DNA of 64,000 nucleotides from an uncultured Synergistaceae bacterium (GTDB lineage Bacteria; Synergistota; Synergistia; Synergistales; 79-D21): positions 9,678 to 73,677 of the forward strand of contig CAYRNZ010000007.1 in NCBI GenBank assembly GCA_964425765.1. The letters run 5' to 3'. Numbering within the stretch: the first letter of the stretch is position 1; every line of letters begins with the position of its first letter. A program made the position numbers and the translations under genes. The notes under the pieces were generated by a model. That model was not told where the DNA came from. It saw nothing but the letters and a program-made list of their open reading frames with translations, and searched no databases. Positions 1-10,329 of this stretch are shown one piece after another.

Positions 1-764
1 GCCTCCTGATTTTTGCCGGGATCGTGGCGAGAATCCCCGAGGCTATCGTGCAGACCTGGACAAGCCTGCGCTCCGGGCAGATGAACGTTCTCGCCCTGCT
101 GATCGCCCTGGTTTTGATGGTTGCGGTCGTCGCTGGCTGCATTCTCCTCCAGGAAGGGCAGAGGAGACTGCCGGTCCAGTATGCGAAAAGGGTCGTCGGG
201 AACAAGGTCTACGGAGGCCAGAGCACGTTCATCCCCTTGAGGGTGAACCAGTCGGGAGTCATCCCGATCATTTTTGCCTCTTCGGTGTTGCTGCTGCCTT
301 ACACGATTGCCCGTTTCTTTCCGGGCGGGGTGGGAGCGTTCATCCAAAGGGCTTTTTCTCCCGACAGCCTGATATACACGATTCTGTACGTCGCGCTTAT
401 CGTGTTTTTCGCCTATTTCTACACGGCGGTCGTCTTCAATCCTGTCGACGTGGCGAACAACATGAAGAAATATGGAGGGTTCATCCTCGGGATACGCCCG
501 GGGAAACCGACCTCCGACTACATTGAAAAGGTCATGACGCGGATCACCCTGGCGGGAGCAATCTTCCTGGCGCTGATCGCACTTCTCCCGACGCTGATGA
601 CCCGGGTCATGGGGATAAACACCTTCTACTTCGGGGGAACGGCCATCCTGATCGTCGTGGGTGTTGCCCTGGACACGGTGCAGCAGATCGAGGGACAGCT
701 TCTCATGAGGCACTACGAGGGCATCCTCAAGCGTCGGGACCGGGCCGGCCTTTTCAAGATGTGA
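1..764 (+). CDS. secY: Preprotein translocase subunit SecY, C-terminal portion (5' end upstream of window)
   Basis: Frame open from window edge to TGA 762-764; TM-rich translation with FIPLRVNQSGVIPIIFASSVLLLP; followed by adk-map-infA-rpmJ as in the conserved spc/alpha cluster. Confidence 0.9.
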   Translation, partial: LLIFAGIVARIPEAIVQTWTSLRSGQMNVLALLIALVLMVAVVAGCILLQEGQRRLPVQYAKRVVGNKVYGGQSTFIPLRVNQSGVIPIIFASSVLLLPYTIARFFPGGVGAFIQRAFSPDSLIYTILYVALIVFFAYFYTAVVFNPVDVANNMKKYGGFILGIRPGKPTSDYIEKVMTRITLAGAIFLALIALLPTLMTRVMGINTFYFGGTAILIVVGVALDTVQQIEGQLLMRHYEGILKRRDRAGLFKM

Positions 765-774
765 GGTGGTTGGA

Positions 775-1428
775 ATGCGTCTGATATTTTTGGGCCCTCC
801 TGGATCGGGAAAAGGGACACAGGCGGCAAAACTGATTGAAAAGGTCAAGACCGCTCACATCTCCACCGGGGATATCCTGAGGGAAAACGTTTCGAAAGGG
901 ACAGACCTCGGGTTGCAGGCAAAGGGATACATGGACTCGGGAAAGCTAGTCCCGGATGACCTGATCGTTGAAATGATGAAAAAACGGCTTGTCTCGGAAG
1001 ATTGTACGAAAGGGTTTATCCTTGACGGTTTCCCGAGGACGGTTTCCCAGGCGGAATCCCTGGAGAAGATGCTACAGCAGCTGGGGATACGATTGGACGC
1101 GGTTGTCCTCTTCAACGTTTCCGATGAAGTTGTAGTGGAAAGGCTCTCCGGCCGCAGGGGTTGCAGGAGTTGCGGAGCGATCTACCACGTGCGGTTCAAC
1201 CCGAGCGAGAAAGGATCATCGTGCCAGAATTGCGGAGGGGAACTCTTCCAGAGGGAAGATGACCGCGAGGAAGTCATTAGGAAGCGCTTAGATGTCTATC
1301 ACCAGCAGACATCCCCGTTGATAGGCTTCTACAGGGGAAGAGGCATCCTAGTGGAAGTGGACGCTGGAAAGTCGAGTGACGAGGTTTTAAAGACCATTCT
1401 GGACGCCCCTTGGGGAAAGTCTGAATGA
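775..1428 (+). CDS. adk: Adenylate kinase
   Basis: MRLIFLGPPGSGKGTQ P-loop; LID with CRSCG...CQNCGG zinc knuckle; ATG 775 preferred over the GTG 766 of the ORF track. Confidence 0.95.
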   Translation: MRLIFLGPPGSGKGTQAAKLIEKVKTAHISTGDILRENVSKGTDLGLQAKGYMDSGKLVPDDLIVEMMKKRLVSEDCTKGFILDGFPRTVSQAESLEKMLQQLGIRLDAVVLFNVSDEVVVERLSGRRGCRSCGAIYHVRFNPSEKGSSCQNCGGELFQREDDREEVIRKRLDVYHQQTSPLIGFYRGRGILVEVDAGKSSDEVLKTILDAPWGKSE

Positions 1429-2198
1429 TCACCTTGAAAACCGAAGAGCAATTGAAACTCATGCGGCATGCAGGGCGCATCGTGGCCGATATGCTCAGGC
1501 TGCTTCGCGAAAGGGTAAGGCCTGGCGTCGACACGTTGAGCCTGGATGAAGAGGCCTACGCCCATGTCGAAAAATGCGGGGCCCATCCCGCCTTCAAAGG
1601 CTACCGAGTCCCCGGCATCAGGCGGGCTTTTCCCGGAACGCTCTGCATTTCGATCAACCAAGAAGTCGTCCACGGGATACCGGATAAAAAACGATTTCTC
1701 GAAGAGGGCGACATCGTCAGCTTTGACATGGGGGTCGAATACAAGGGATACTACGGAGATGCCGCCTGCACTTACGGAGTTGGCAAGGTTTCCGAAAAAC
1801 GCCGCCTCCTTATGGAGGATACCCTTGAATCCCTTCACCGGGCGGTTTCGGTTGTCCGGGAAGGGGCGACCCTGGGGGATATCGGTCATGCGGTCGAAAG
1901 CTTTTTGATCCCGAAAGGATATGGCCTTGTAAGGAATTATGCGGGGCACGGCATCGGCCGAAAGCTTCACGAAGCACCCCAGGTACCGAATTTTGGAAAG
2001 CCGGGAAGTGGGGTCATGCTTAAACGGGGAATGACGCTGGCGATCGAACCCATGGTCATGACCGGCAATGAAACGGTTGTCTCCGGGGAAGACGAGTGGA
2101 CAGTCGTTACAGCAGATGGATCCGATGCCGCTCACTTCGAGCACACCGTGCTGGTTTGCGAAAACGGGCCGGAGGTCCTTACGCCTTGGGAGAGTTGA
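1425..2198 (+). CDS. map: Type I methionine aminopeptidase
   Basis: Motifs DIVSFDMG, AGHGIG, TLAIEPM, FEHTV; ATGA overlap with adk stop; canonical position after adk. Confidence 0.95.
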   Translation: MITLKTEEQLKLMRHAGRIVADMLRLLRERVRPGVDTLSLDEEAYAHVEKCGAHPAFKGYRVPGIRRAFPGTLCISINQEVVHGIPDKKRFLEEGDIVSFDMGVEYKGYYGDAACTYGVGKVSEKRRLLMEDTLESLHRAVSVVREGATLGDIGHAVESFLIPKGYGLVRNYAGHGIGRKLHEAPQVPNFGKPGSGVMLKRGMTLAIEPMVMTGNETVVSGEDEWTVVTADGSDAAHFEHTVLVCENGPEVLTPWES

Positions 2199-2286
2199 TC
2201 TCTTTGACCGGAGAAGGAGTTTTTCTGTTGGACCGGATTGCCGTTTCCGGGCAAAGATCCTGTGATAAGGAGGTCGATTGATCCCT

Positions 2287-2505
2287 ATGGCAAAGGATGA
2301 TGTGATCGAGGTTAAGGGACGGGTAGTGGAACCGCTTCCAAACGCGATGTTCAGGGTCGAACTGGAAAACGGGCACAGGATCCTTGCCCATGTCTCCGGA
2401 AAAATGCGGATGCACTTTATTCGCATACTGCCCGGCGACCAGGTTCTTATCCAGCTTTCCACCTATGACTTGACACGGGGTCGGATCGTGTATAGATATA
2501 AATAA
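2287..2505 (+). CDS. infA: Translation initiation factor IF-1
   Basis: [41 protein letters not shown]... typical 72-aa S1-fold IF-1; ATG 2287 inside track ORF that starts at TTG 2278. Confidence 0.95.
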   Translation: MAKDDVIEVKGRVVEPLPNAMFRVELENGHRILAHVSGKMRMHFIRILPGDQVLIQLSTYDLTRGRIVYRYK

Positions 2506-2573
2506 CCGCCAAAAAGGCCTTTCCAGCCACTGGAAGGGATGAAGCGCAGAAATGGAATGGGGAGCGTGAGGAT

Positions 2574-2702
2574 ATGAAGGTTAAGCCTTCGGTAAAGCCA
2601 ATTTGCGAACATTGCTCAATCATCAAGCGGCACGGCGTTGTCCGTGTGATCTGCAGCAAGAACCCCAGGCACAAGCAAAGCCAGGGACCAAGGAGGCCAT
2701 AG
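2574..2702 (+). CDS. rpmJ: 50S ribosomal protein L36 (zinc-binding type)
   Basis: Not in ORF track (<60 aa). ATG 2574 to TAG 2700-2702 gives [42 protein letters not shown]; CxxC...C....H pattern; sits between infA and rpsM. Confidence 0.9.
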   Translation: MKVKPSVKPICEHCSIIKRHGVVRVICSKNPRHKQSQGPRRP

Positions 2703-2706
2703 GACG

Positions 2707-3090
2707 ATGGCGCGTATTGCTGGTGTGGACCTGCCCAGGGAAAAGCGAGTGGAGATCGCCCTGACCTACATTTATGGAATCGGGTTGACACGGTCGAGAG
2801 ATATACTTGCCTCAACAGGGATCAGTCCCGACACTCGCGTGAAGGACCTGACGGATGACGAATCGAAGAGACTCCGCTCAGAAATCGAGACGAATTACCG
2901 CGTAGAAGGCGACCTTCGTCGCGAAGTAGCGATGAATATCAAGCGTCTGATGGAAATCGGGTGCTATAGGGGTCTTCGGCACAGGCGCGGCCTTCCGGTT
3001 AGGGGACAGCGGACGAAGACGAATGCCCGGACCCGCAAGGGGCCGAAAAAGACGATCGCCGGTAAGAAAAAGGCGACGATGAAGAAGTAG
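2707..3090 (+). CDS. rpsM: 30S ribosomal protein S13
   Basis: [26 protein letters not shown]... canonical S13 N-terminus; cluster position. Confidence 0.97.
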   Translation: MARIAGVDLPREKRVEIALTYIYGIGLTRSRDILASTGISPDTRVKDLTDDESKRLRSEIETNYRVEGDLRREVAMNIKRLMEIGCYRGLRHRRGLPVRGQRTKTNARTRKGPKKTIAGKKKATMKK

Positions 3091-3112
3091 CGCGGCGAGG
3101 AGGTCGACCCAG

Positions 3113-3505
3113 TTGGCAAAGCGGGTTCAGAGAAAAGGCAAGCGCAAAGAGAAGAAACACGTCAGCTACGGAGTGGCGCACATCCACTCGACCTTCAACA
3201 ATACGATAATCAATATCACGGACAAGCAGGGCAACGTGCTTTCCTGGGCCTCCGGAGGAAATGTGGGTTTCAAGGGAGCCCGCAAGTCCACTCCCTTCGC
3301 TGCCCAGATCGCTGCTTCCCAGGCGGCTAAAGCCGCACAGGACCACGGCTTGATGGAAGTCGACGTCGTCGTGCAGGGCCCTGGCCCCGGCCGTGAATCC
3401 GCGATTCGTTCCCTTCAGGCGGCAGGTCTCCAGGTTCGACTGATCAAGGATGAAACGCCGATTCCCCACAACGGCTGCCGTCCGCCGAAGCGGCGACGCG
3501 TGTAG
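3113..3505 (+). CDS. rpsK: 30S ribosomal protein S11
   Basis: TTG start 3113 with GAGGAGG upstream; [18 protein letters not shown]...RKSTPFAAQ typical S11. Confidence 0.97.
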   Translation: MAKRVQRKGKRKEKKHVSYGVAHIHSTFNNTIINITDKQGNVLSWASGGNVGFKGARKSTPFAAQIAASQAAKAAQDHGLMEVDVVVQGPGPGRESAIRSLQAAGLQVRLIKDETPIPHNGCRPPKRRRV

Positions 3506-3540
3506 TGCGCAAACGAAGGTAAGGAGGGAACCAACACCCC

Positions 3541-4173
3541 ATGAGCAGATATGTCGGACCGGCCTGCAGGCAATGCAGGGCTGAAGGTGTGAAGCTTTTC
3601 CTGAAAGGCGACCGCTGCTATACCGAGAAATGCGGTATCGTCAAGCGGAACAAGAAACCGGGGCAACATGGAGATAGCAAGAGGCGGGCCAAGATGAGCG
3701 AATACGGGCTGCGCCTTAGGGAAAAACAGAAACTGCGCCGCTTTTACGGCATGCACGAAGCCCAGTTCCGACGTTTTTACGATATGGCCACACAAATGGG
3801 CGGGCAGGCGGGGCACAACTTCCTCCAGCTCCTTGAGCGCCGGCTGGACAACGTCGTATACCGCATAGGTTTTGCGGTCAGCCGCCGCCAGGCAAGGCAG
3901 CTCGTCTGCCATGGTCACTTCGCGGTTAACGGCAAGAAAGTCGACATCCCGAGCTACCTTGTCAAGGCGGGGGATGTCCTAAGCGTTCGCGAGAACAGCC
4001 GGGACATCGCCTACTTGAAGGAGAATGCCGAAGTAGCAGGCAGCCGCTCGGTTCCGGCCTGGCTGGAAGTTAGCGGGGAGAATCTGAATGCCAGGGTCAT
4101 CTCCCTGCCGAACCGTGAGCAGATCGACTCGCCGGTCAACGAGCAGCTCGTCGTCGAGTTCTATGCCCGCTAA
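3541..4173 (+). CDS. rpsD: 30S ribosomal protein S4
   Basis: [31 protein letters not shown] zinc-type S4 N-terminus plus S4 RNA-binding domain. Confidence 0.97.
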   Translation: MSRYVGPACRQCRAEGVKLFLKGDRCYTEKCGIVKRNKKPGQHGDSKRRAKMSEYGLRLREKQKLRRFYGMHEAQFRRFYDMATQMGGQAGHNFLQLLERRLDNVVYRIGFAVSRRQARQLVCHGHFAVNGKKVDIPSYLVKAGDVLSVRENSRDIAYLKENAEVAGSRSVPAWLEVSGENLNARVISLPNREQIDSPVNEQLVVEFYAR

Positions 4174-4195
4174 CGGGTAGAAAGGTGGGGGGAGG

Positions 4196-5203
4196 ATGGA
4201 TCCCATGCGACCGGAGATCAGGCTGGAGGCAGGTACCCCCCGATATGGCAGGATAGTCGTCGAACCCCTGGAAAGAGGTTATGGGGTTACGCTCGGGAAC
4301 GCGCTGCGGAGGGTGCTTCTTTCATCCATAAAAGGGGCCGCGATCACCGCCGTCCGGATAGAAGGAGTCCTGCACGAGTACAGCACCGTGCAGGGGTTGA
4401 AGGAAGACGTGCTCGAACTCATGATAAACCTCAAGCACATCCCCCTCAGGTGCCATAGTCCGGAGCCCCGGGTCCTGCATCTCGAGATCGAGGGTCCGAA
4501 AGACATAACCGCTGCCGATATTCAACCTGACAGCGAGGTAGAATTCATCGACCCGTCCAGTGTCATCGGCACGCTGGAAAAAGGGAACAAAATTGTCATG
4601 GACCTTTACGTCGAACAGGGTACGGGGTACGCCACGACAGATCGGCCAAGGCCCGCCTACCTGCCTATCGATGCCCTTATGGTCGATGCTATTTTCTCGC
4701 CGGTCCAGCGCGTGAAGTACGAGGTGCAGAACGCTCGGGTCGGCCAAAGGACGGACTACGACCGCCTCGTGTTGGAAATCTGGACGAACGGCGTTGTTTC
4801 AGTTCCGGATGCCATGTCGGAAGCCTCCAACATCCTTAAGGGGTATTTTGCGCTTTTCGCCGATGAGATCCGCCTTTCGGAAGGACAGTCCTCAGGTCTC
4901 AAAAGCCCTGAGGAGCAGATGGAAGAATCTCTACACGAGGGAAAAATCGCTGGTCCTGTCGATGGAGATTCCGTCCTCTCAAGGGCGATCAAGGATCTGG
5001 AACTTTCCGTTAGAAGCGAGAATTGCCTCTTGCGGGGTGGAGTCCATACCATCGGCGACCTCGTTAGCAAGAGTCGTTCAGAACTTATGAAGATTCGCAA
5101 TCTGGGCAAGATTTCCCTGCGCGAGATCGAGGAAAAACTCGAAAAGTTCTCGATAACCCTCCCGGGGGAAGAAGCACCGGAAGAGCCCGTGAAGGAGGAT
5201 TAG
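4196..5203 (+). CDS. rpoA: DNA-directed RNA polymerase subunit alpha
   Basis: EPLERGYGVTLGNALRRVLLSS N-terminal domain and C-terminal LELSVRSENCL...IGDL HhH domain; start 4196 or 4205. Confidence 0.96.
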   Translation: MDPMRPEIRLEAGTPRYGRIVVEPLERGYGVTLGNALRRVLLSSIKGAAITAVRIEGVLHEYSTVQGLKEDVLELMINLKHIPLRCHSPEPRVLHLEIEGPKDITAADIQPDSEVEFIDPSSVIGTLEKGNKIVMDLYVEQGTGYATTDRPRPAYLPIDALMVDAIFSPVQRVKYEVQNARVGQRTDYDRLVLEIWTNGVVSVPDAMSEASNILKGYFALFADEIRLSEGQSSGLKSPEEQMEESLHEGKIAGPVDGDSVLSRAIKDLELSVRSENCLLRGGVHTIGDLVSKSRSELMKIRNLGKISLREIEEKLEKFSITLPGEEAPEEPVKED

Positions 5204-5206
5204 CAA

Positions 5207-5560
5207 ATGAGGCATGGAGTCGATACCCGGCGGCTTGGCCGCTACACTAGCCATCGCTTGGCGATGTTGAGCAATATGACCGCGAGCCTTATCATGGAGG
5301 AGAAGATTACGACGACCCTCCTGAAGGCGAAGGAACTGCGACGTGTCTCGGAGAAGCTGATAACCCGGGCCAAAGGCGGTTCCCTGCAGGATCGTCGGCT
5401 AGTCGCTTCCCGCATGCAGAATAAGGAAGCCGTCAAAAAGCTTTTTGAAGAGATCTCTCCTCGGTATGCGAACCGGCCGGGTGGGTACACACGCATCGTG
5501 AAAATCGGGAACCGTACCGGCGACGCTGCACCCATGGCGGTTATCGAACTGGTCAAGTAG
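5207..5560 (+). CDS. rplQ: 50S ribosomal protein L17
   Basis: [24 protein letters not shown]... typical L17; follows rpoA. Confidence 0.97.
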   Translation: MRHGVDTRRLGRYTSHRLAMLSNMTASLIMEEKITTTLLKAKELRRVSEKLITRAKGGSLQDRRLVASRMQNKEAVKKLFEEISPRYANRPGGYTRIVKIGNRTGDAAPMAVIELVK

Positions 5561-5562
5561 AA

Positions 5563-6390
5563 ATGGGAAGCGAGGATGTGTGCGCGCTCCGGGACGTGAG
5601 TTTCACGTACCCGGGCGCAGCCACACCTGCGGTTGAAGGGATCGACCTGACCATTCGGGACGGGGAGTGGATAGCGCTCCTCGGAGCGAACGGTTCGGGG
5701 AAATCCACCCTCGCGAAGGTATTTAACGCCCTGCTGATCCCGACGCGGGGCGATTGTTTTGTCTGTGGACTGAAGACCGATGCCGAAGCGAACCTTTGGG
5801 AGATCAGAAGGCGTATTTCGATGGTGTTCCAGAATCCAGACAACCAGATTGTTGCCTCGGTCGTGGAGGAAGACCTCGCTTTCGGCCCGGAAAACCTTGG
5901 TCTTTCTCCCGTAGAGATTCGGGGCAGGGTTGCCGAGTGCCTTGCCCAAGTGGGGCTGGGAGAAAAAAGAAGGGCTCCGACCTATGCCCTCTCGGGCGGG
6001 CAAAAGCAAAGGCTGGCGATTGCCGGGGCCTTGGCCATGAAACCGCGTTGCCTAATCCTGGACGAAGCAACGGCAATGCTTGACCCGCAAGGCCGGGAAG
6101 ACGTATTGAAAATACTCAGGAAGCTTCACCGTGAAGGGATGACACTGGTGCAAATCACCCACCGCCTGGACGAAATCCTGGACGCGACCAGAGCCTTGGT
6201 GCTGGACAAGGGGCATATAGCCTGGGAAGGAAGTCTCCCGGCCCTTTTCGACGAGGAGGGGCGATTCGGAGAGTGGGGGCTCGAAACGCCTCCTTTGGTC
6301 AGGTTTGCAAGAAGGCTCAAGGAGCGGGGACTGCTTGCCAACGACTGCCTTCCATCCGTAAAGGGGTTGCTGGAACACCTATGCCGATAA
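5563..6390 (+). CDS. ecfA1: Energy-coupling factor (ECF) transporter ATPase, first copy
   Basis: Walker A GANGSGKST, LSGGQKQR signature, Walker B LILDEAT; rplQ-ecfA-ecfA-ecfT-truA order as in Firmicutes. Confidence 0.9.
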   Translation: MGSEDVCALRDVSFTYPGAATPAVEGIDLTIRDGEWIALLGANGSGKSTLAKVFNALLIPTRGDCFVCGLKTDAEANLWEIRRRISMVFQNPDNQIVASVVEEDLAFGPENLGLSPVEIRGRVAECLAQVGLGEKRRAPTYALSGGQKQRLAIAGALAMKPRCLILDEATAMLDPQGREDVLKILRKLHREGMTLVQITHRLDEILDATRALVLDKGHIAWEGSLPALFDEEGRFGEWGLETPPLVRFARRLKERGLLANDCLPSVKGLLEHLCR

Positions 6391-7223
6391 AGGTGGATTC
6401 CCTTTGCCATACCTATCACCCGGGGACCCCGCTCGAAACGATTGCGTTGACCGGAGTCGACCTTGTCGTGGAACCGGGAACCTGGGTTACCGTCGTCGGC
6501 CAAACCGGAAGCGGAAAATCCACCCTGGCGCAGCACCTGAACGCGCTGCTTGTTCCGACGTCAGGAAGCGTCTCTGTCGACGGTGTACTGACAACGACCG
6601 AACCCGGGAAACTGAGATCTTTACGAAGGAAAGTCGGGCTAGTTTTCCAGTACCCGGAACACCAGTTGTTCGCGGAGAACGTTTTCGAGGAAATGGCCTT
6701 CGGGCCGAAAAACTGGAAATTCTCCGAGCGCGAGACTCGGGAAGCTGTAGCCAGGACGATGGCCTTGTTGGGATTACCGGAAGAACTGCTCTCTAGGAGC
6801 CCCTTTCATTTATCAGGGGGACAAAAGCGCCGCCTTTGCATTGCCTCGGTTCTGGCATCACGGCCGGATTACCTGGTTCTGGACGAGCCGACGGCCGGAA
6901 TGGATGCCACCGGAAGAAGGGAATTGCTCGGTACGCTGAAAAACCTTGTGAAAGAGGAGCTAGGGCTGGTCCACATCACGCATGACCTCGAGCTGGCCCT
7001 AGGAATGGCTGACCGTGTGCTGGTCCTGGAAAAAGGGAAGACGGTATTCTGGGGCACTCCCGCATCACTCATGGACGAGCTCCTCGACCGGCAGATCCTT
7101 GGCCTCCGCCTGCCTCCCCTACTCGAGGTGGTTTCGGGTTTAAGGGAGTACGGTTTTCCTGTACCTTTCACCCTTGATCCTGAGAAACTTGCCGACGCAC
7201 TAGCAGGGGAAATGGCGTCATGA
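6381..7223 (+). CDS. ecfA2: ECF transporter ATPase, second copy
   Basis: MPIKVDSLCHTY..., GQTGSGKST, LSGGQKRR, LVLDEPT; ATG 6381 overlaps ecfA1 end by 10 nt (track ORF 6273 is a 5' over-extension). Confidence 0.9.
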   Translation: MPIKVDSLCHTYHPGTPLETIALTGVDLVVEPGTWVTVVGQTGSGKSTLAQHLNALLVPTSGSVSVDGVLTTTEPGKLRSLRRKVGLVFQYPEHQLFAENVFEEMAFGPKNWKFSERETREAVARTMALLGLPEELLSRSPFHLSGGQKRRLCIASVLASRPDYLVLDEPTAGMDATGRRELLGTLKNLVKEELGLVHITHDLELALGMADRVLVLEKGKTVFWGTPASLMDELLDRQILGLRLPPLLEVVSGLREYGFPVPFTLDPEKLADALAGEMAS

Positions 7224-8026
7224 AATTCCTCAACCACCTGACCCTGGGGCAATATATCCCTGCAGACTCCCCCGTGCACCGCCTGGACCCGCGATGCAAG
7301 ATCCTGTCGGTCGTGATCCTTCTTTCAGGTATTTTCCTCATGAAACACCCGGTCCCATTCGTTGGCTGGGGCCTGTTTCTCGTGGTTCTCTCCAGGTTTT
7401 CCCGTATTCCGTTCATGGTTGTCATGCGGGGCGCACGCCCTGTCGTCATCCTCGTCCTTTTCACTGCGGCCATTCACCTTTTCCTGACAAAGGGCACCAT
7501 CATTTGGGAGTGGGGATGGTTTTCAATCACGCAAGAGGGCGTTTTCATGGCCTTCAGGATGGGAAGCCGGCTTTTCTTCCTTGTCCTTTACGCCGGATTC
7601 CTGACATTGACAACGAGCCCGATGGAGCTTTCGGACGGGCTTGAAAGGCTGTTCAGGCCTCTCCAGCGCATCGGGTTCCCAGCTCACGAGATGGCTATGA
7701 TGATGACGATTGCGTTGAGGTTCATCCCGACCCTTTTCGATGAGACAGACCGAATCCTGCGTGCCCAGCTGGCTAGGGGGGCCGATCTCGACCAGGGAGG
7801 GCTCTTCAGGAGGATCAAGGCTTTCATCCCGGTGCTCGTGCCCCTGTTCGTCATCGTTTTCCAAAGGGCCGAAGACCTGGCCCTGGCAATGGAAGCCCGA
7901 TGCTACAGGGGAGGGGTCGGCAGGAGCAGGATGAACCCCCTCGAATGGAAAATGGCCGATACCCTGGCAATGGCGGCAGCCGTTGCGGTCGTCGCGCTAT
8001 TCATTTTGCTCGACACGAGGGCCTGA
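7220..8026 (+). CDS. ecfT: ECF transporter transmembrane (T) component
   Basis: Hydrophobic CbiQ/EcfT-like protein with ARxxR-type coupling helices (ILRAQLARGADL, ALAMEARCYRG); ATGA overlap with ecfA2. Confidence 0.88.
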   Translation: MKFLNHLTLGQYIPADSPVHRLDPRCKILSVVILLSGIFLMKHPVPFVGWGLFLVVLSRFSRIPFMVVMRGARPVVILVLFTAAIHLFLTKGTIIWEWGWFSITQEGVFMAFRMGSRLFFLVLYAGFLTLTTSPMELSDGLERLFRPLQRIGFPAHEMAMMMTIALRFIPTLFDETDRILRAQLARGADLDQGGLFRRIKAFIPVLVPLFVIVFQRAEDLALAMEARCYRGGVGRSRMNPLEWKMADTLAMAAAVAVVALFILLDTRA

Positions 8027-8029
8027 AAA

Positions 8030-8779
8030 GTGCGTTACTTGATCGAGCTCGCCTATGACGGCAGGTATTTCTCGGGTTGGCAAAAACAACCGGGGACAAA
8101 GACGGTCCAGGGAGAACTGGAACGCGCCCTAAGTGTCCTTGAAGACCACGATGTCCAGACAACCGGGGCGGGGCGGACGGATGCCGGAGTCCATGCGAGG
8201 GGTCAGGCGGTTTCTTTCGACCTAGAGAAGAAATGGGAGCCCGGACGATTGCGCCTCGCGATAGAAAACAACCTTCCCCCCGAAATGGGCGTGAACAGGG
8301 TTTCGCCGGTAGCCGGAAACTTCAGCGCCCGCTATGATGCCACCTGGAGGGAATACGCCTACTTCCTTTGGAAGGCCGATTCCTGTTACCCTCACATTCG
8401 GCCTTTTGTCTGGAGGACTCGAGGGGATTGGGACTCAACGGAGGTCGCCAGAGCATGCAGGGCGATCGAAGGAACGCACGATTTCGCCATGTTCTGCCCT
8501 CTTGGGGAACGCCCTCCGAACACAACCCGGACAGTCCTCGTATCCAGGCTGGTCTGCCGGAAGAACGCGGCAGTATTCCGCATCAGGGCCAATTCTTTTC
8601 TTTTCCACATGGTTCGTTACCTGGTCGGCGACTTGAACCGGATCGCGCAGGGGAAGATGTCGGTCGAGCAGTTCCTGGACGAGCTTTCCGGCAAAGGGGC
8701 GAAGATGGAGAGAAGCATTGCCCCTGCATCCGGGCTTTTCCTTTGGCGCATCGGTTACTCACCTTCCCCCTGGGAATGA
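8030..8779 (+). CDS. truA: tRNA pseudouridine(38-40) synthase TruA
   Basis: GTG start; YDGRYFSGWQKQPG...GAGRTDAGVHARGQ catalytic Asp motif. Confidence 0.93.
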   Translation: MRYLIELAYDGRYFSGWQKQPGTKTVQGELERALSVLEDHDVQTTGAGRTDAGVHARGQAVSFDLEKKWEPGRLRLAIENNLPPEMGVNRVSPVAGNFSARYDATWREYAYFLWKADSCYPHIRPFVWRTRGDWDSTEVARACRAIEGTHDFAMFCPLGERPPNTTRTVLVSRLVCRKNAAVFRIRANSFLFHMVRYLVGDLNRIAQGKMSVEQFLDELSGKGAKMERSIAPASGLFLWRIGYSPSPWE

Positions 8780-8831
8780 TACACTTTAGGCACGAACGGA
8801 ATGCAAGCAGTTTCACAAGGAGGTTTATGAA

Positions 8832-9884
8832 TTGCTTGGAAAAGATATAGGCATAGACCTGGGTACGGCGACCGTGCTGATTTTCTTGAGGGGCAAGGGT
8901 GTTATCCTGCGAGAGCCTTCCGTGGTTGCCATCGATCAAAACACGGGCAGAGTCCTGGCGGTAGGTGAAGAAGCGAAGCGCATGCTGGGCAGGACTCCGG
9001 GGCATGTAGTTGCCGTGCGTCCTCTCCGGGATGGCGTGATCGCTAACTACACCATGACCGAAGCTATGCTCCGCCACTTTCTGAACAAGGTTTCTTCAAG
9101 CCTGAAAATGAGTTCTCTTTTCCGGCACAGGGTCATGATCTGTGTCCCCTCCGGCGCTACCGACGTGGAAAAGCGAGCGGTTCTGGAGGCGGCCATAGAG
9201 GTGGGCTCCCGTGAAGCCTTCCTCATCGAGGAAGCGATGGCTGCCGCGATCGGGGCCGGCCTCGAGGTTGCCGAACCTAGGGGGAACATGATCGTCGACA
9301 TCGGCGGAGGAACAACCGATGTGGCGGTGATCTCCCTTGGCGGTGTTGTCGTCGCTGAATCACTCCGTATCGGCGGAGACGAATTTGACGAATCCATAGC
9401 CCGTTATATAAAGAAAGAATTCAACCTCGCTATTGGGGAACAGACTGCAGAGGCACTGAAGATCAATATCGGGACCTGCAAGGTCAAGCCCCATGACGAA
9501 GAGGAGACGCAGGTCATCAAAGGGCGTGATCTCGTGCAGGGGCTCCCGAGGCAGATCGAGGTCACGAGTTCCATGGTTGCGAGGGCAATCGAAGAGCCGG
9601 TCAACGCGATCATTGCCGGGATTAGGAGAATCCTTGAAAAAACACCGCCCGAGCTTTCGGCGGACATCATTGACCGGGGGATCTGGCTCACCGGGGGAGG
9701 AGCACTTCTCCGTGACCTGGCTGAACGGGTTTCGGAGGAGACGGAAATGCCGTGCCATGTTGCCGACCAGCCCCTGGAATGCGTGGCGCTTGGCACCGGA
9801 AAAGCCCTTGATTCACTGGACCAGCTGAAAGCTTCCGGGGCCATTCTCTCGGTCATCCGAAAAGGCCTGCTGAAGGGTAGGTAA
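8832..9884 (+). CDS. mreB: Rod shape-determining actin homologue MreB
   Basis: TTG start after AAGGAGG; DIGIDLGTATVLIF, MICVPSGATDVEKRAV, VDIGGGTTDVAVISLGG, LTGGGALL motifs. Confidence 0.93.
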   Translation: MLGKDIGIDLGTATVLIFLRGKGVILREPSVVAIDQNTGRVLAVGEEAKRMLGRTPGHVVAVRPLRDGVIANYTMTEAMLRHFLNKVSSSLKMSSLFRHRVMICVPSGATDVEKRAVLEAAIEVGSREAFLIEEAMAAAIGAGLEVAEPRGNMIVDIGGGTTDVAVISLGGVVVAESLRIGGDEFDESIARYIKKEFNLAIGEQTAEALKINIGTCKVKPHDEEETQVIKGRDLVQGLPRQIEVTSSMVARAIEEPVNAIIAGIRRILEKTPPELSADIIDRGIWLTGGGALLRDLAERVSEETEMPCHVADQPLECVALGTGKALDSLDQLKASGAILSVIRKGLLKGR

Positions 9885-9912
9885 GGAATCCGCCCCGCAG
9901 GTCGGAGAAACA

Positions 9913-10329
9913 ATGGCTAATGAACCGTGGTACTCATCTGGTTTATTATTCACCTGCATCCGATGTGGCAGGTGCTGCAGGCGCCAGGGAGTTGTCAAGC
10001 TGGCTCCTGGTGAACTGGAAGAAATTGAGGACTACCTTGGACTATCCGGTAACGGCCATTTGCCGTATTTCCTCACCGATGGCCAAGGTGGCACCTACCT
10101 CAGGGACGGCCCACGGGGAGAATGCGTATTCCTTGATTGGGAATCGGGAGTTTGCCGCGTTTATCCTTGTAGGCCGGAACAATGCAGGAGCTATCCGTTC
10201 TGGCCGACGATATTGGGAAACTCCTCCGCCTGGCAGGGAGAAGGCCGGTTTTGCCCAGGAATCGACACAGGAGAACTGCATTCGTTAAATAACATAGAGA
10301 TGGTTTTAAGGAAGCGGCGTCTCCCCTGA
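9913..10329 (+). CDS. YkgJ-family cysteine-cluster (zinc/iron-chelating CxxCxxCC) protein
   Basis: FTCIRCGRCCRRQG motif plus later Cys pairs (ECVFL, GVCRVYPCRPEQCRSYPFWP) typical of UPF0153/YkgJ. Confidence 0.7.
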   Translation: MANEPWYSSGLLFTCIRCGRCCRRQGVVKLAPGELEEIEDYLGLSGNGHLPYFLTDGQGGTYLRDGPRGECVFLDWESGVCRVYPCRPEQCRSYPFWPTILGNSSAWQGEGRFCPGIDTGELHSLNNIEMVLRKRRLP

